DNA of 64,000 bases, from positions 1 through 64,000 of the IMG/VR virus record IMGVR_UViG_3300028833_000108; one strand, given 5' to 3'. The stretch's first letter is position 1. Each line of letters opens with the position of its first letter. This document shows, one piece after another, positions 45,822 to 55,156 of the stretch. Under the pieces are notes generated by a model. The model saw nothing but the letters and a program-made list of their open reading frames with translations, had not been told where the DNA came from and searched no databases. Source of the stretch: a virus. Taxonomy: Duplodnaviria > Caudoviricetes. A program made the position numbers and the translations under genes.

Positions 45822-46715
45822 ATGGGCGTCGTTCGTATGAGCCAAGAATACTTCAATGTATTGAAGACGATTAACTCGATGATGAAAATGAAGGCTGGTC
45901 TTATCTTTAAGGGAAAGGGAAGCGATGGCCAGTTTAACGGGAAATACTATTTCAACGGTATTTGCGACAGTGCGATGATACATGTTGTCGCATCTGAAAA
46001 CGACGTTGCGTTCGAGGAACCCCGTCTGCAGATTTCATCTCTTCCAGACTTCATAAAGTATGCTGAGGCAACAGGCTTCCCGAAGTGTGAAATCAAGGTG
46101 GCTCGTGAAAGAACCATCCGTGGTCTTGAATACGATAATATCATCTTTACGGGAAAGGAAAAGGATGCCCGTATCGGCGTTGCTGACGACTCTGTGTATG
46201 CGGACAAGAAGTACATGAAGATTTTCAACGAGCAGTTGGCTCTGGTTGCCCGTCTTGGTTTCAACGAAGATATCCTTCATGGGATTGTAAAGGACATTAA
46301 GCTGATTGCGAGCTGCAAGGCCCTTTCGTTTACGGTTAGCCCTGATTTTCAGTGCAAGATTCTTATTAAGGGGAGCGGCACGCAGCAAATCACAAGAAAG
46401 ATTGATGAACATTGTTTCTTCGTAGAAGATGAGGCACAGTGTCTTGACGCATTCGCTAATGGAAAGCAGAGATTGTTCCCGTCTGGTTCCCTCCGTTTCA
46501 TGGACACCATCGGCGGTGACGTGAATATCGAACTTCGCCGTTTCAAGAACAGTGCCAACGACCTTATGACCATGAAGGGCTACATCGTCAAGCCAGGTGC
46601 CCTTCTCGACCCGGCGAACAAGGACAAGAACGCTCCACGAAGTGAAATTAACGTCGTTGTAGCCAGCTCCGAATTCAGCGTAAAGATTGTATCTAACGTG
46701 GACTACTTTGCATAA
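45822..46715 (+). CDS. gp45: sliding clamp (T4 gp45-like)
   Basis: Start ATG 45822 (GAGG SD); RMSQEYFNVLKTINS..LIFKG resembles gp45 KLSKDT..LLKNFATINSGI; I.SL.DF.K segment; replication-operon context. Confidence 0.6.
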   Translation: MGVVRMSQEYFNVLKTINSMMKMKAGLIFKGKGSDGQFNGKYYFNGICDSAMIHVVASENDVAFEEPRLQISSLPDFIKYAEATGFPKCEIKVARERTIRGLEYDNIIFTGKEKDARIGVADDSVYADKKYMKIFNEQLALVARLGFNEDILHGIVKDIKLIASCKALSFTVSPDFQCKILIKGSGTQQITRKIDEHCFFVEDEAQCLDAFANGKQRLFPSGSLRFMDTIGGDVNIELRRFKNSANDLMTMKGYIVKPGALLDPANKDKNAPRSEINVVVASSEFSVKIVSNVDYFA

Positions 46716-47830
46716 TGGCTGATTTTCGTGACATTCCTAATGCGGATATGGAAGCCGCAGTACATGAGGCGTTCGACGAGTATTCTCTTGTCGAAGTGCT
46801 GAATGGATTTAACTTTGTATGCCCGTATTGCGGACAGATGCCTAACAACTCGTTTACTAAACCCGAGCGAAAGGCGTATGTGTACAGGGACACCTGGAAC
46901 TTTGTATGTTACAAGTGCAGACCTGCGCATCATGTTATGTGGGAATTTCGGGAATCATATCCTACGATATTTAACCGCCTGCTGTTCATGCTGTATGGAC
47001 AGGGTAATAAGGGCCCCCAGAAAAAGATTGAACGCCAGTATGTTGAAGGTGCATACCAGTTTAAGGATGGTGAGCTGGTTTCCCTCGAAGAAGAAAATGA
47101 CCCTGATGTTCAGATAGCCATTGATTTCTGCAAGAAACGTCAGATAAGGGAAAAGGTGTACAAGGAGTGGTTTGTATGCAAGAAGGATAAGCGCTTCTTG
47201 GATAAGAACCCTGATGGAACCTTGAAGTTGAATGAGTATGGTCTTCCTACTGGAAACGAGTACGGAAATCGTCTGATTATACCATACTACCGTTTTGGTG
47301 GCTCATGGGTTCAGTTCGATGCCCGAGACTTGACAAATAAATCGAAGATGCGCTATCGAAACTATGCTGGCGCTAAGCGTGAGCTGTACAATGGTGATTT
47401 TATCCATTTCAACAAGCCGTTTTTTATGCTTGAAGGTGCAATCGACTCGACCTTTATCAAGAACTCCGTTGCTGTCGGTGGATTGAAACACTTCAAGAGC
47501 TTTGTCGAGGCAGACCCTAATTTCAAGGAATACAAGGAAAACGGTGTCATCATATTCGATGCTGACGAAGCTGGTATTGACGACCTTCGTACAGTGATGA
47601 ATATGGGTTTCAAATGGTTCGACTGGTCGAAATTCCGCAATGACAATCCGCAGTCCCCTGATTTTGGCGGCAAGGTAAAAGACATCAACGAAGCCGTGCT
47701 AAATTGCTCCGAATTCAAGATGACGCCAGATGGCTATGTAGACCCTGAATTTATCATGGCCCACACATACAGTGCCGAAGCTGGAATCATGTTGTTGAAT
47801 ATGAAGTATGGTGCGCCTAGGAAGCGTTAA
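46715..47830 (+). CDS. gp61: DNA primase (T4 gp61-like)
   Basis: CPYCG...CYKC Zn finger, RLIIPY, FDAR, TOPRIM EGAIDS and FDADEAG, KDINE. Confidence 0.9.
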   Translation: MADFRDIPNADMEAAVHEAFDEYSLVEVLNGFNFVCPYCGQMPNNSFTKPERKAYVYRDTWNFVCYKCRPAHHVMWEFRESYPTIFNRLLFMLYGQGNKGPQKKIERQYVEGAYQFKDGELVSLEEENDPDVQIAIDFCKKRQIREKVYKEWFVCKKDKRFLDKNPDGTLKLNEYGLPTGNEYGNRLIIPYYRFGGSWVQFDARDLTNKSKMRYRNYAGAKRELYNGDFIHFNKPFFMLEGAIDSTFIKNSVAVGGLKHFKSFVEADPNFKEYKENGVIIFDADEAGIDDLRTVMNMGFKWFDWSKFRNDNPQSPDFGGKVKDINEAVLNCSEFKMTPDGYVDPEFIMAHTYSAEAGIMLLNMKYGAPRKR

Positions 47831-50144
47831 GCTTGTCGTTGTGGTCTTTGGCGTATGCGTTATCCCAGTTACTGTCATCAGTAAGATTCGTATTGTCAAG
47901 ACCTACCTCGATTGTCGGAAGTAGTTGCGACAGGTCGAGGTTTTCTGTATCGAACATAGAAAGTGTCGGGTCTTTCTGACTGATTTCCAAGTGTATGCAC
48001 GGGTCCACTTCCTTCGGTCCAAAACCCTTAGGAGCATAGAAATCCATCAACAGGGTTTGATATGAGTTGTCCTGTTTTCCGTTTGGCGTGTTCTTGTAAG
48101 GTTCCGATGACATATAGCAGATAGATGCGAATTTCTTCAACTGTGCTTCCGTAACCTTCGGGAACTTTGCATAACATACGCTCGTAGCAATATCGACACA
48201 CTGGGAAACCTCAGGGTCTTTCGTATGGTTAGATACAGGAGTGTCATAGCCGAATGACTTGCACTTTGCAATCATTGCATTCAATGCGGCCTTGGCACCT
48301 GCTGAATTAGGAGGGAAAGGTTCCTTTGCATATTTCTGTACATAGACTGGTTTACCGAAGCGGTCGGTAACAATAGAGCCATCCTTTGAAATCCTCGGTT
48401 CGAGACCGTCATCACCCTTTCCATAGAACTTGTACCAAATGCGTGCATACTCATCGTTTACTGCACGTCCACGTGAACCGTATGCGACAGTAGGCTGACC
48501 AGTCTTCTGCAATGAATTGAACATGATGGTCGCCTGTTTTTCAGGGCTTCTGTAAAGCGATGTGACCATCAGGTATTTCACCCCGGCCAGACGAGCAAGG
48601 TAAGTAATCACGTTCTTCGTCCTTGTTGACATTTCGCCTTCGCTAGCCTTATTGTCGATTGTTACATCGGTTGCTGGCGGCAATTTAGAGGCGACGTTTT
48701 CGTGTACAAGAACTCTGGCTGCAAAAAGGCCTTTCAGGTTTCTTGAAATCATATTGATACGCTTGCAGCGGCTATCTATACGGGCAAGGTCTGTTCCGTA
48801 CTCTGGTGGACGGAAACCTACGTACTTGTAAATAAGGTTTGCCTCGTCGCAACGACGTTTTCTCATGTCCATATCCAGTTCCTCTGGGTTTGTACCATAG
48901 GTTAGACGGGAAAGGATATCGGCTATGTAGGTGAAGTATTTGTTGGCAAGTTTTTCATCACGAGGAACACCCTCGACTGTAATGGACCTGGTGCTGTTCT
49001 TGTCTACGGTAACGACCTGTCCATTCATGATGTACTTGTCGCCTTTAAGAGGAACCATTGACAAGGGCTTTGCATAACCGAGATGGTAATACATTCCAGT
49101 ACGAAGACAGTAACTCAGGAATGCTGATGTTGCGTAATTGCCGCTTACATCACAAGCGAACCCTGCTGTCTTCAAATAGCTCACCAAAGCAGTCTTGACC
49201 GCTTCTGGACAGGAGTTATGGCTGAGCATACCCCAGTGGTAGTATGGCCAGTTCTGTGTGTAAACAATCGGGCCCCATACGGACATCTGCACATAGCGGT
49301 AGAAAGAGAACCTAATCTGCGTTTCCGTCAGGCTAAGTCCCTTAACATCGTCATCAAGCTGGTCATAACTCTTTCCGAGCACGACAGCGTTCGATGCTTT
49401 CATGATAAGCTCGAATTGTTCTTCTTGAATACCACCCTTGACATCACCTTGCGGCTCACCGTTTTCGTCAACGGTCACCACGGCAAATATCTTCTTGAGA
49501 ACCATCTCCCTCGTGCTGCCACCGATGTCCAGCGGAATACCTGCACCGATGTACACTGTACCTTCCGATTCGTAGAAGGTTGGACTCTTCTTAATCTCAT
49601 GGTCGTATAGGAATGACCAGTCTGGCATGAAGTGACCTTTTGGGAAGCACGAACCCATGCTGATGGGAAGTCCACCCAATCCAATCAGGAGAGGCGGGAG
49701 AATGTCGATATCGTACGGGTTAAGACCCATAGCGGCTGCGTTAGCCGTATACATGCTTTCGGCAGAGGCGCCAACAGGGGCGAATACGCCGCTAGCAGAA
49801 ATACCAGCCTGCAACGCATCTGTCTTCGACTTGGTACATGTGAGGAAGCCGTCAAGCTTGTTGATGATTTCTTCAAGCTTGGTCGTCATAACGCCGTAGG
49901 TCTCGTTTCCGAGGAAATCCTGTATCATGTCGGATATTGCGGAAGCGAGGGCGCTCATGCGGCGTTTGTTGTAGTCGGGAACGGAGTCTCGTTGCCACGG
50001 GGTCAGACCGTTGCTTTCGTCGTCGATGTCATAAAAGCCATGCTTGTTCAGAATTGAGTAGAATGCACCTTCTCTAGCGGTGGTTTGTGCAGCAGCATCG
50101 TCGATTGCCGTCTTTAGTTCCCCTGTGTAGTGACCTGAAATCAT
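47817..50144 (-). CDS. virion-associated peptidoglycan hydrolase: lysozyme (pesticin/GH24-like) plus M15-type peptidase domains
   Basis: FLYDHE...GTVYIGAGIPL and RRCDEANL (lysozyme); VTSLYRSPEKQA, SNH....CVDI and CIHLE (M15). Confidence 0.7.
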   Translation of the reverse strand: MISGHYTGELKTAIDDAAAQTTAREGAFYSILNKHGFYDIDDESNGLTPWQRDSVPDYNKRRMSALASAISDMIQDFLGNETYGVMTTKLEEIINKLDGFLTCTKSKTDALQAGISASGVFAPVGASAESMYTANAAAMGLNPYDIDILPPLLIGLGGLPISMGSCFPKGHFMPDWSFLYDHEIKKSPTFYESEGTVYIGAGIPLDIGGSTREMVLKKIFAVVTVDENGEPQGDVKGGIQEEQFELIMKASNAVVLGKSYDQLDDDVKGLSLTETQIRFSFYRYVQMSVWGPIVYTQNWPYYHWGMLSHNSCPEAVKTALVSYLKTAGFACDVSGNYATSAFLSYCLRTGMYYHLGYAKPLSMVPLKGDKYIMNGQVVTVDKNSTRSITVEGVPRDEKLANKYFTYIADILSRLTYGTNPEELDMDMRKRRCDEANLIYKYVGFRPPEYGTDLARIDSRCKRINMISRNLKGLFAARVLVHENVASKLPPATDVTIDNKASEGEMSTRTKNVITYLARLAGVKYLMVTSLYRSPEKQATIMFNSLQKTGQPTVAYGSRGRAVNDEYARIWYKFYGKGDDGLEPRISKDGSIVTDRFGKPVYVQKYAKEPFPPNSAGAKAALNAMIAKCKSFGYDTPVSNHTKDPEVSQCVDIATSVCYAKFPKVTEAQLKKFASICYMSSEPYKNTPNGKQDNSYQTLLMDFYAPKGFGPKEVDPCIHLEISQKDPTLSMFDTENLDLSQLLPTIEVGLDNTNLTDDSNWDNAYAKDHNDKLNAS

Positions 50145-50854
50145 TTCTTTCTTCCTCTGAGGTGGATGATTACGCTACCGTTTTCACCGTTGTTCTTACC
50201 ACTGTGCCCCTTTCCTACGAAAGTGTAATCCATTTGCTTGCCGTCGTGCATGAATGTCAGCTTGACATCCTTTTCGATGAAACCTGACCCGTTGCACACA
50301 TTGCATTTTTCCTGTGGTTCAAGCCCACGACCGTTGCAGACTTTGCAGGCCAGGATTACATCATGCAGTCCGTCTTCTTTGCGTTGGACCGTACGAACCT
50401 TGCCGATACCGTTACAGTGAGTGCATTTCCTGAAACGGCTTGCTCCTGTTCCAGAACAGTTGTAGCATAGGCACTTGCGGGTATAACCGATGGTGATTTC
50501 ACCTGGCTGGAACAACCGTTCGTTGCTAAGCCTGATTGTGCGGGTTACATTTCTTCCCCGTTTCTGGTATTTCTTGTCTACGGGCTTCTTGTGGAAGTTC
50601 TTGCAGATGTTGCATTCTCCGAACAGTTTTGACCATAGTGTGAAATCTGAGTTGTTTTGATGTTCACGGTCGTATTTCTTGCGGAGTTCTTCTGTTTTTA
50701 TCAGACTGTATGCTTCGGTGAGTTCAGCCATCTTGTCGGAGGTGTCCGTTCCAGAATGGTCTGGATGGTACAGTTTCGCCAATTGGCGATACGCTGCTTT
50801 CACCTGTTCGTCAGTGCAATCTGGCTCTATGTTTAGTACGGTATACGGGTTCAT
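50141..50854 (-). CDS. dnaJ: DnaJ-like co-chaperone (J domain plus four CxxCxGxG zinc-finger repeats)
   Basis: NPYTVL..AYRQLAKLYHPD; CYNCSGTG, CTHCNGIG, CKVCNGRG, CNVCNGSG; start MNPY at 50854 with a GAGG SD. Confidence 0.92.
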   Translation of the reverse strand: MNPYTVLNIEPDCTDEQVKAAYRQLAKLYHPDHSGTDTSDKMAELTEAYSLIKTEELRKKYDREHQNNSDFTLWSKLFGECNICKNFHKKPVDKKYQKRGRNVTRTIRLSNERLFQPGEITIGYTRKCLCYNCSGTGASRFRKCTHCNGIGKVRTVQRKEDGLHDVILACKVCNGRGLEPQEKCNVCNGSGFIEKDVKLTFMHDGKQMDYTFVGKGHSGKNNGENGSVIIHLRGRKK

Positions 50855-50876
50855 TTTGTGCCTCTTTTTCAATCAA

Positions 50877-50922
50877 TAGTTTATATTGCGTGCAGAAAAG
50901 CATGTCGCTACATTATAAACTA
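50877..50922. promoter_or_regulatory. divergent pair of late promoters TATAAACTA (- 50877-50885; + 50914-50922)
   Basis: Two exact copies back to back in the intergenic region. Confidence 0.75.
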
Positions 50923-50946
50923 TGTTAGAATAATGCTGGATTGACT

Positions 50947-51438
50947 ATGAATACAAGAATGATTGCAGAAGCGACTAACAAACGCAGGAAATCTAAGCGT
51001 AACAGTGGCGGAACCCCGAAGTTTGTTCCGAACATTGGGTTTGGCAAGCGTAACTTTGCGGGGGCTTGGACATCTGGACGAGCATACGGACCAATCTTTC
51101 CTATGGGTATGGGCTGGGGCGAGATGTCAAGCGTTCCTGGTGGTGCTTGTGGAGACGGTACGATTGCTGCTGATGCATCTGGTGCAGGTGCAGCAATGGA
51201 AGCTGTCGAGGACATCAAGAACGACGACGAAGACTTGATGATTAGCGACAAGGATAAGCTCATCTATGCCCTCCGTGGTATTATCGAGAATGCCAAGGTT
51301 GCATACGAGGCCGTTACGGGTGTTCCGTACGACGAAGATGACGATGTTCCTGACCCAAAGGATGAAGACCCGGCCAACCAAGACGAATTTGAGGATGACG
51401 ACGAAGGTTCTGACGAAGACGGTAGCGACGACAACTAA
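50947..51438 (+). CDS. late protein with basic N-terminus and acidic C-terminus (possible head core protein)
   Basis: Late promoter; IAE/AME motifs resemble prohead-protease sites. Confidence 0.65.
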   Translation: MNTRMIAEATNKRRKSKRNSGGTPKFVPNIGFGKRNFAGAWTSGRAYGPIFPMGMGWGEMSSVPGGACGDGTIAADASGAGAAMEAVEDIKNDDEDLMISDKDKLIYALRGIIENAKVAYEAVTGVPYDEDDDVPDPKDEDPANQDEFEDDDEGSDEDGSDDN

Positions 51439-51449
51439 GCGGTACGGTT

Positions 51450-53699
51450 ATGGATAGTAATAACGTCCTACAGAATGAAGTGTCCGACGTTTACCAGAAG
51501 ACGCTGATGAGTATACCACAAGGGATTACATCTTTTAGGGATGTGGTCACTAATAAGGATTTTATAAATAGTTTCATCATGTTCTTCGATGGAAGTAGGT
51601 TGGATAATGTTCGTATGGACGTTGACGACGACCGATGCCGCCAGAAAGTAATTGCACTTTTTAGTGAAATCCAGCGTGACCTGCATAACGCACGTAATAG
51701 CGATGTAGAGCTGGAAGGGTTGTCTAGTGACCTCAATATCCTCCGTATGTACATAGACGGTCGAAAGGATTATGACGATACAGTAAAAAATGCGTTGTAC
51801 AGTGCACAGAACATGTCCATGGATGACCCTGAGGCTGCGGCTCTCTTTAAACAGGCTGACGAGAAGCGTAAGGCGATTCGTGCGTACATGAAAGGCACTG
51901 GTGGAACATACGATTATACTCGTGAAGGAATACGGAATTATTTCTTAAACAAGGGTGTTATTGAGGAAGTCACGGACAAACATGGGCGTGAAACTGATAA
52001 TATAGTCAAGCAGGCAATGTTAGAACGCCCGTCTGAAGTCGAAGAATTAGTAAATGCGTTAACACGTCTTGTTGAAAGTGCTTATAAGGCTACGGACAAA
52101 GATGTTTGCCTATGGGTTGCTGACGTTTCTATGTCTGGATTGCGATTTGGTCGAGAGTATCTTGCCGAGCAGTTGGAAACTACGCCTGAGCAAGTCAATG
52201 AAATGTTGGTCTCATTTTCTGGTTCGGAACATCAGGATGATGACCCCAATTACCCGATTATCAGTGCAACAGCGGCGTGCCGAAGATTGGCTGTGCTTAC
52301 GAAAGGTAAGGTGACTTATCTTAATAAAAACGCAGAAGAGGAGAAAGAGTCGGGAGTAATGGTGTTGTCTGACCCGTACATGAAGTTGATTTTCGACATG
52401 ATTCAAAGCGGTAAGGTATCCAAAGAGCCTAACGGACCGATAAATATAGTTGATGCAACAAAGATAGTTCCAAATGACATCACGTCTCTTTGTAGGAAGG
52501 TCACCACGTCATTGTTTAACCTTGGTCCTATTGACGACGGTAAGGAACATACGGCAGTGCAGTTCAAACCCAACTTTTCTGTAAGTATCGATAAGTTGAA
52601 AACGTATATCGATTTCCTTACCAGCAATGAGTTGAAACCAGTTGTAGACGCTACCATACAGAAGGAGTGCATGAAGCTGGCAGAGGCATATATATTGACA
52701 AAGGCCGTGTATAACACATTCAATGGTGGCATCATGTCGTATTCTGATAGCGATACAACCTATGACGAAAAGAACCTTCCGTCGATAAATACTTTCTGTA
52801 AGGAAATCGGTAAAATTTGTGGTGAATACTCCAAGTTGGGTATTGAGCCAACCGATATTTTTGATGCCAAGATAATGTTCAGGTCTGATATTCCTTATTT
52901 CCCGATTGAGGAAATCATTAGTCAAAATGTAAACCTGTATGACAGAATGCGTCAGTACAGTACGGGTGCTAATGATGCGGCTGTAGCAAAGGCAAAGAAA
53001 CGTGTTGTTGAGAAGAATTTGCCAGTGCAAGATGTATCAGAAGAATTCTCATCTAAATTCAACCAAATGATGAAGGGAGCCGCCTCTCTTGACGAATACT
53101 GCGAGAATTTGAAGATATCTACGATGATAACATCTAGGCAGTTTGGTGTTGCCTTTAATATGGCGTGTATCGGCATAACATATGCTGATAATGCAGAGGT
53201 AAATGATAAGGATACTGAGTCCCACTTGTGGTCTGTATTGAAAAAGTTGGCAAATAATACTCCATCTGAGTTGGGTGAAGATGTGAAGAAGGAATTCATG
53301 AATGTCGCATATACACAAGAGAACCTGATGTACAGGTTGAACCTTGCTGTTAATGCTGGCGTGGTTACCTCCAAGAAGGGATATCACTTTTCTGGCAATT
53401 TGGGAACCATAGAAAATGGTGTTAACAAGCAGGCTGGACTTATCAACAGTGTTATGAAAATCTTCTTGGCGTACACAAGAGGACTGCGCTACAAGAAGGC
53501 TACCGTAGCTTTGCAGAAAAAAGGATTTACAGTGCCAATGTCTACCGATGTTGTCAAGCCCTATGTGGCGCTCGTGTATAACATAGCGAAAGAATATGAG
53601 GATGCCTTCGCCAGAAATAACGGAGAAGCATTGGGCTGCTCAGTGGAATGGTCACACAAAATAATTGAAGAATTCGAGAATTTATACAAGAGGGGTTAA
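51450..53699 (+). CDS. large hypothetical late protein (749 aa)
   Basis: Long ORF in the late operon. Confidence 0.8.
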   Translation: MDSNNVLQNEVSDVYQKTLMSIPQGITSFRDVVTNKDFINSFIMFFDGSRLDNVRMDVDDDRCRQKVIALFSEIQRDLHNARNSDVELEGLSSDLNILRMYIDGRKDYDDTVKNALYSAQNMSMDDPEAAALFKQADEKRKAIRAYMKGTGGTYDYTREGIRNYFLNKGVIEEVTDKHGRETDNIVKQAMLERPSEVEELVNALTRLVESAYKATDKDVCLWVADVSMSGLRFGREYLAEQLETTPEQVNEMLVSFSGSEHQDDDPNYPIISATAACRRLAVLTKGKVTYLNKNAEEEKESGVMVLSDPYMKLIFDMIQSGKVSKEPNGPINIVDATKIVPNDITSLCRKVTTSLFNLGPIDDGKEHTAVQFKPNFSVSIDKLKTYIDFLTSNELKPVVDATIQKECMKLAEAYILTKAVYNTFNGGIMSYSDSDTTYDEKNLPSINTFCKEIGKICGEYSKLGIEPTDIFDAKIMFRSDIPYFPIEEIISQNVNLYDRMRQYSTGANDAAVAKAKKRVVEKNLPVQDVSEEFSSKFNQMMKGAASLDEYCENLKISTMITSRQFGVAFNMACIGITYADNAEVNDKDTESHLWSVLKKLANNTPSELGEDVKKEFMNVAYTQENLMYRLNLAVNAGVVTSKKGYHFSGNLGTIENGVNKQAGLINSVMKIFLAYTRGLRYKKATVALQKKGFTVPMSTDVVKPYVALVYNIAKEYEDAFARNNGEALGCSVEWSHKIIEEFENLYKRG

Positions 53700-53701
53700 A
53701 G

Positions 53702-55093
53702 ATGGCCGCTAGGTTGGAACTATATAAATACACTGGTAAAGACGGAGACTTTGGTACACATGTGGAAAGCCTTGGTCTCAAGCGTATTGATACATGTGTC
53801 CCGTCTGTTTATTCAGACGAACATCTGAATGGTGACACAAAGCCGTCGGATGACGCAAGTGATTGTGCAACATATTGCATTTACAGGCCAGATGACCCTG
53901 AGTGCAAGGCATATTCTTTCGAGTGTGTTTTCAAGCTCATGTTGAAAGACCCGCCCGACGTTCAGTTGAGCAACGTTCGCCTGTATCCAGTCGGACCTCG
54001 ACCCGAGGAACCTGATACTGCTAGGCTGTACATAGGAAACTCTGTGGAATATCACCAGCCGACTAACACCAAGTCTGTAATTGCCGTGAACGATATTTGG
54101 GATTACAGCAAAGACCATCCGTTCTACTTGACGGTTGCTGGAAACAGCGGCCAGATGCTGGACTATCGTTTGACAAACACTTCGTACAATGTCGAGTGGA
54201 AGGACTACGGTTTCGGCAACGTGATGGTTATGAACGGGGTTCGTCAGCCGATGATACCTATTCCGAACAAGCAGGATGGCACCCCAGTGAAGGTGACGTT
54301 CTTTAACCACACGTTCATGCCGACCGAGGCTGACTTTATCAGGTTCGTTGACCCTGATACTGGCATCGACATTACCGACGACGAAGAATTTGTCATAGAC
54401 CGTGGTGTGGCCGAGAACAATGTGCAGTATTTGACTATTGCTGTGGACATGAAGTTCATGTTGGCCCATCCGAAGGGCATCATCTACCATATTCCGCAGT
54501 TCCCGCCTACGACAGGTTACTTTATCTCATGGGCATTGCTGCCTTCTCAGGCCGAACCTGGTGGCAAGGTCACGGACAAATTGGTGGAAACGGTTGATGT
54601 ACAGGTGAAGTGTGGCCCTCATGGTCATCCTGAATACTACCTGAACGGAGCTAGGAAGCCTATGCTGACCCTTGCTCCTGGTGTAATCTACCATTTCATC
54701 AACCATGACGGCTCTCGCTTCCCGATGAGGTTCATCAAGGATTGCCGCATCCCGAACGCAGCTGATGTGAATAACATAGTGGTTGACGGCGTGACTGTCC
54801 TCAATGGCGGTACAGACCAAGAGGAAATCTTTGTTGACCCAGAAATCACCTTGAAGCATGGCGCCTGCATAAATGCATATGAGGCTGTCTGTGAGATGAA
54901 TGTGGGAAATTCCGCCTTCGTTCACCCTATCTGCATGGTCGGAAACTACAATATTTGCCGTCCGATGGGCTCGATTTACAACCCGATGCTGGCCGGAGAG
55001 ACCGATTACGTCTACTTGCAGCTAGAAATTGACGGAAAGACCAAGCCTGGGTACTGTGTACCCGACATTAAGATTGAATATGATGAAAATTAA
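53702..55093 (+). CDS. virion structural protein with duplicated beta-sandwich module
   Basis: Internal repeat MNGVRQPMIPI..TFFNH / YLNGARKPMLTLAPGVIYHFINH, a pattern seen in myovirus structural proteins. Confidence 0.7.
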   Translation: MAARLELYKYTGKDGDFGTHVESLGLKRIDTCVPSVYSDEHLNGDTKPSDDASDCATYCIYRPDDPECKAYSFECVFKLMLKDPPDVQLSNVRLYPVGPRPEEPDTARLYIGNSVEYHQPTNTKSVIAVNDIWDYSKDHPFYLTVAGNSGQMLDYRLTNTSYNVEWKDYGFGNVMVMNGVRQPMIPIPNKQDGTPVKVTFFNHTFMPTEADFIRFVDPDTGIDITDDEEFVIDRGVAENNVQYLTIAVDMKFMLAHPKGIIYHIPQFPPTTGYFISWALLPSQAEPGGKVTDKLVETVDVQVKCGPHGHPEYYLNGARKPMLTLAPGVIYHFINHDGSRFPMRFIKDCRIPNAADVNNIVVDGVTVLNGGTDQEEIFVDPEITLKHGACINAYEAVCEMNVGNSAFVHPICMVGNYNICRPMGSIYNPMLAGETDYVYLQLEIDGKTKPGYCVPDIKIEYDEN

Positions 55094-55115
55094 TTTTTAA
55101 CAGTTGATTAAATCC

Positions 55116-55124
55116 TATAAACTA
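55116..55124 (+). promoter_or_regulatory. late promoter TATAAACTA
   Basis: Exact motif. Confidence 0.75.
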
Positions 55125-55156
55125 TGTGTATAATGAATCGTTTTACGAGGAAGAAA

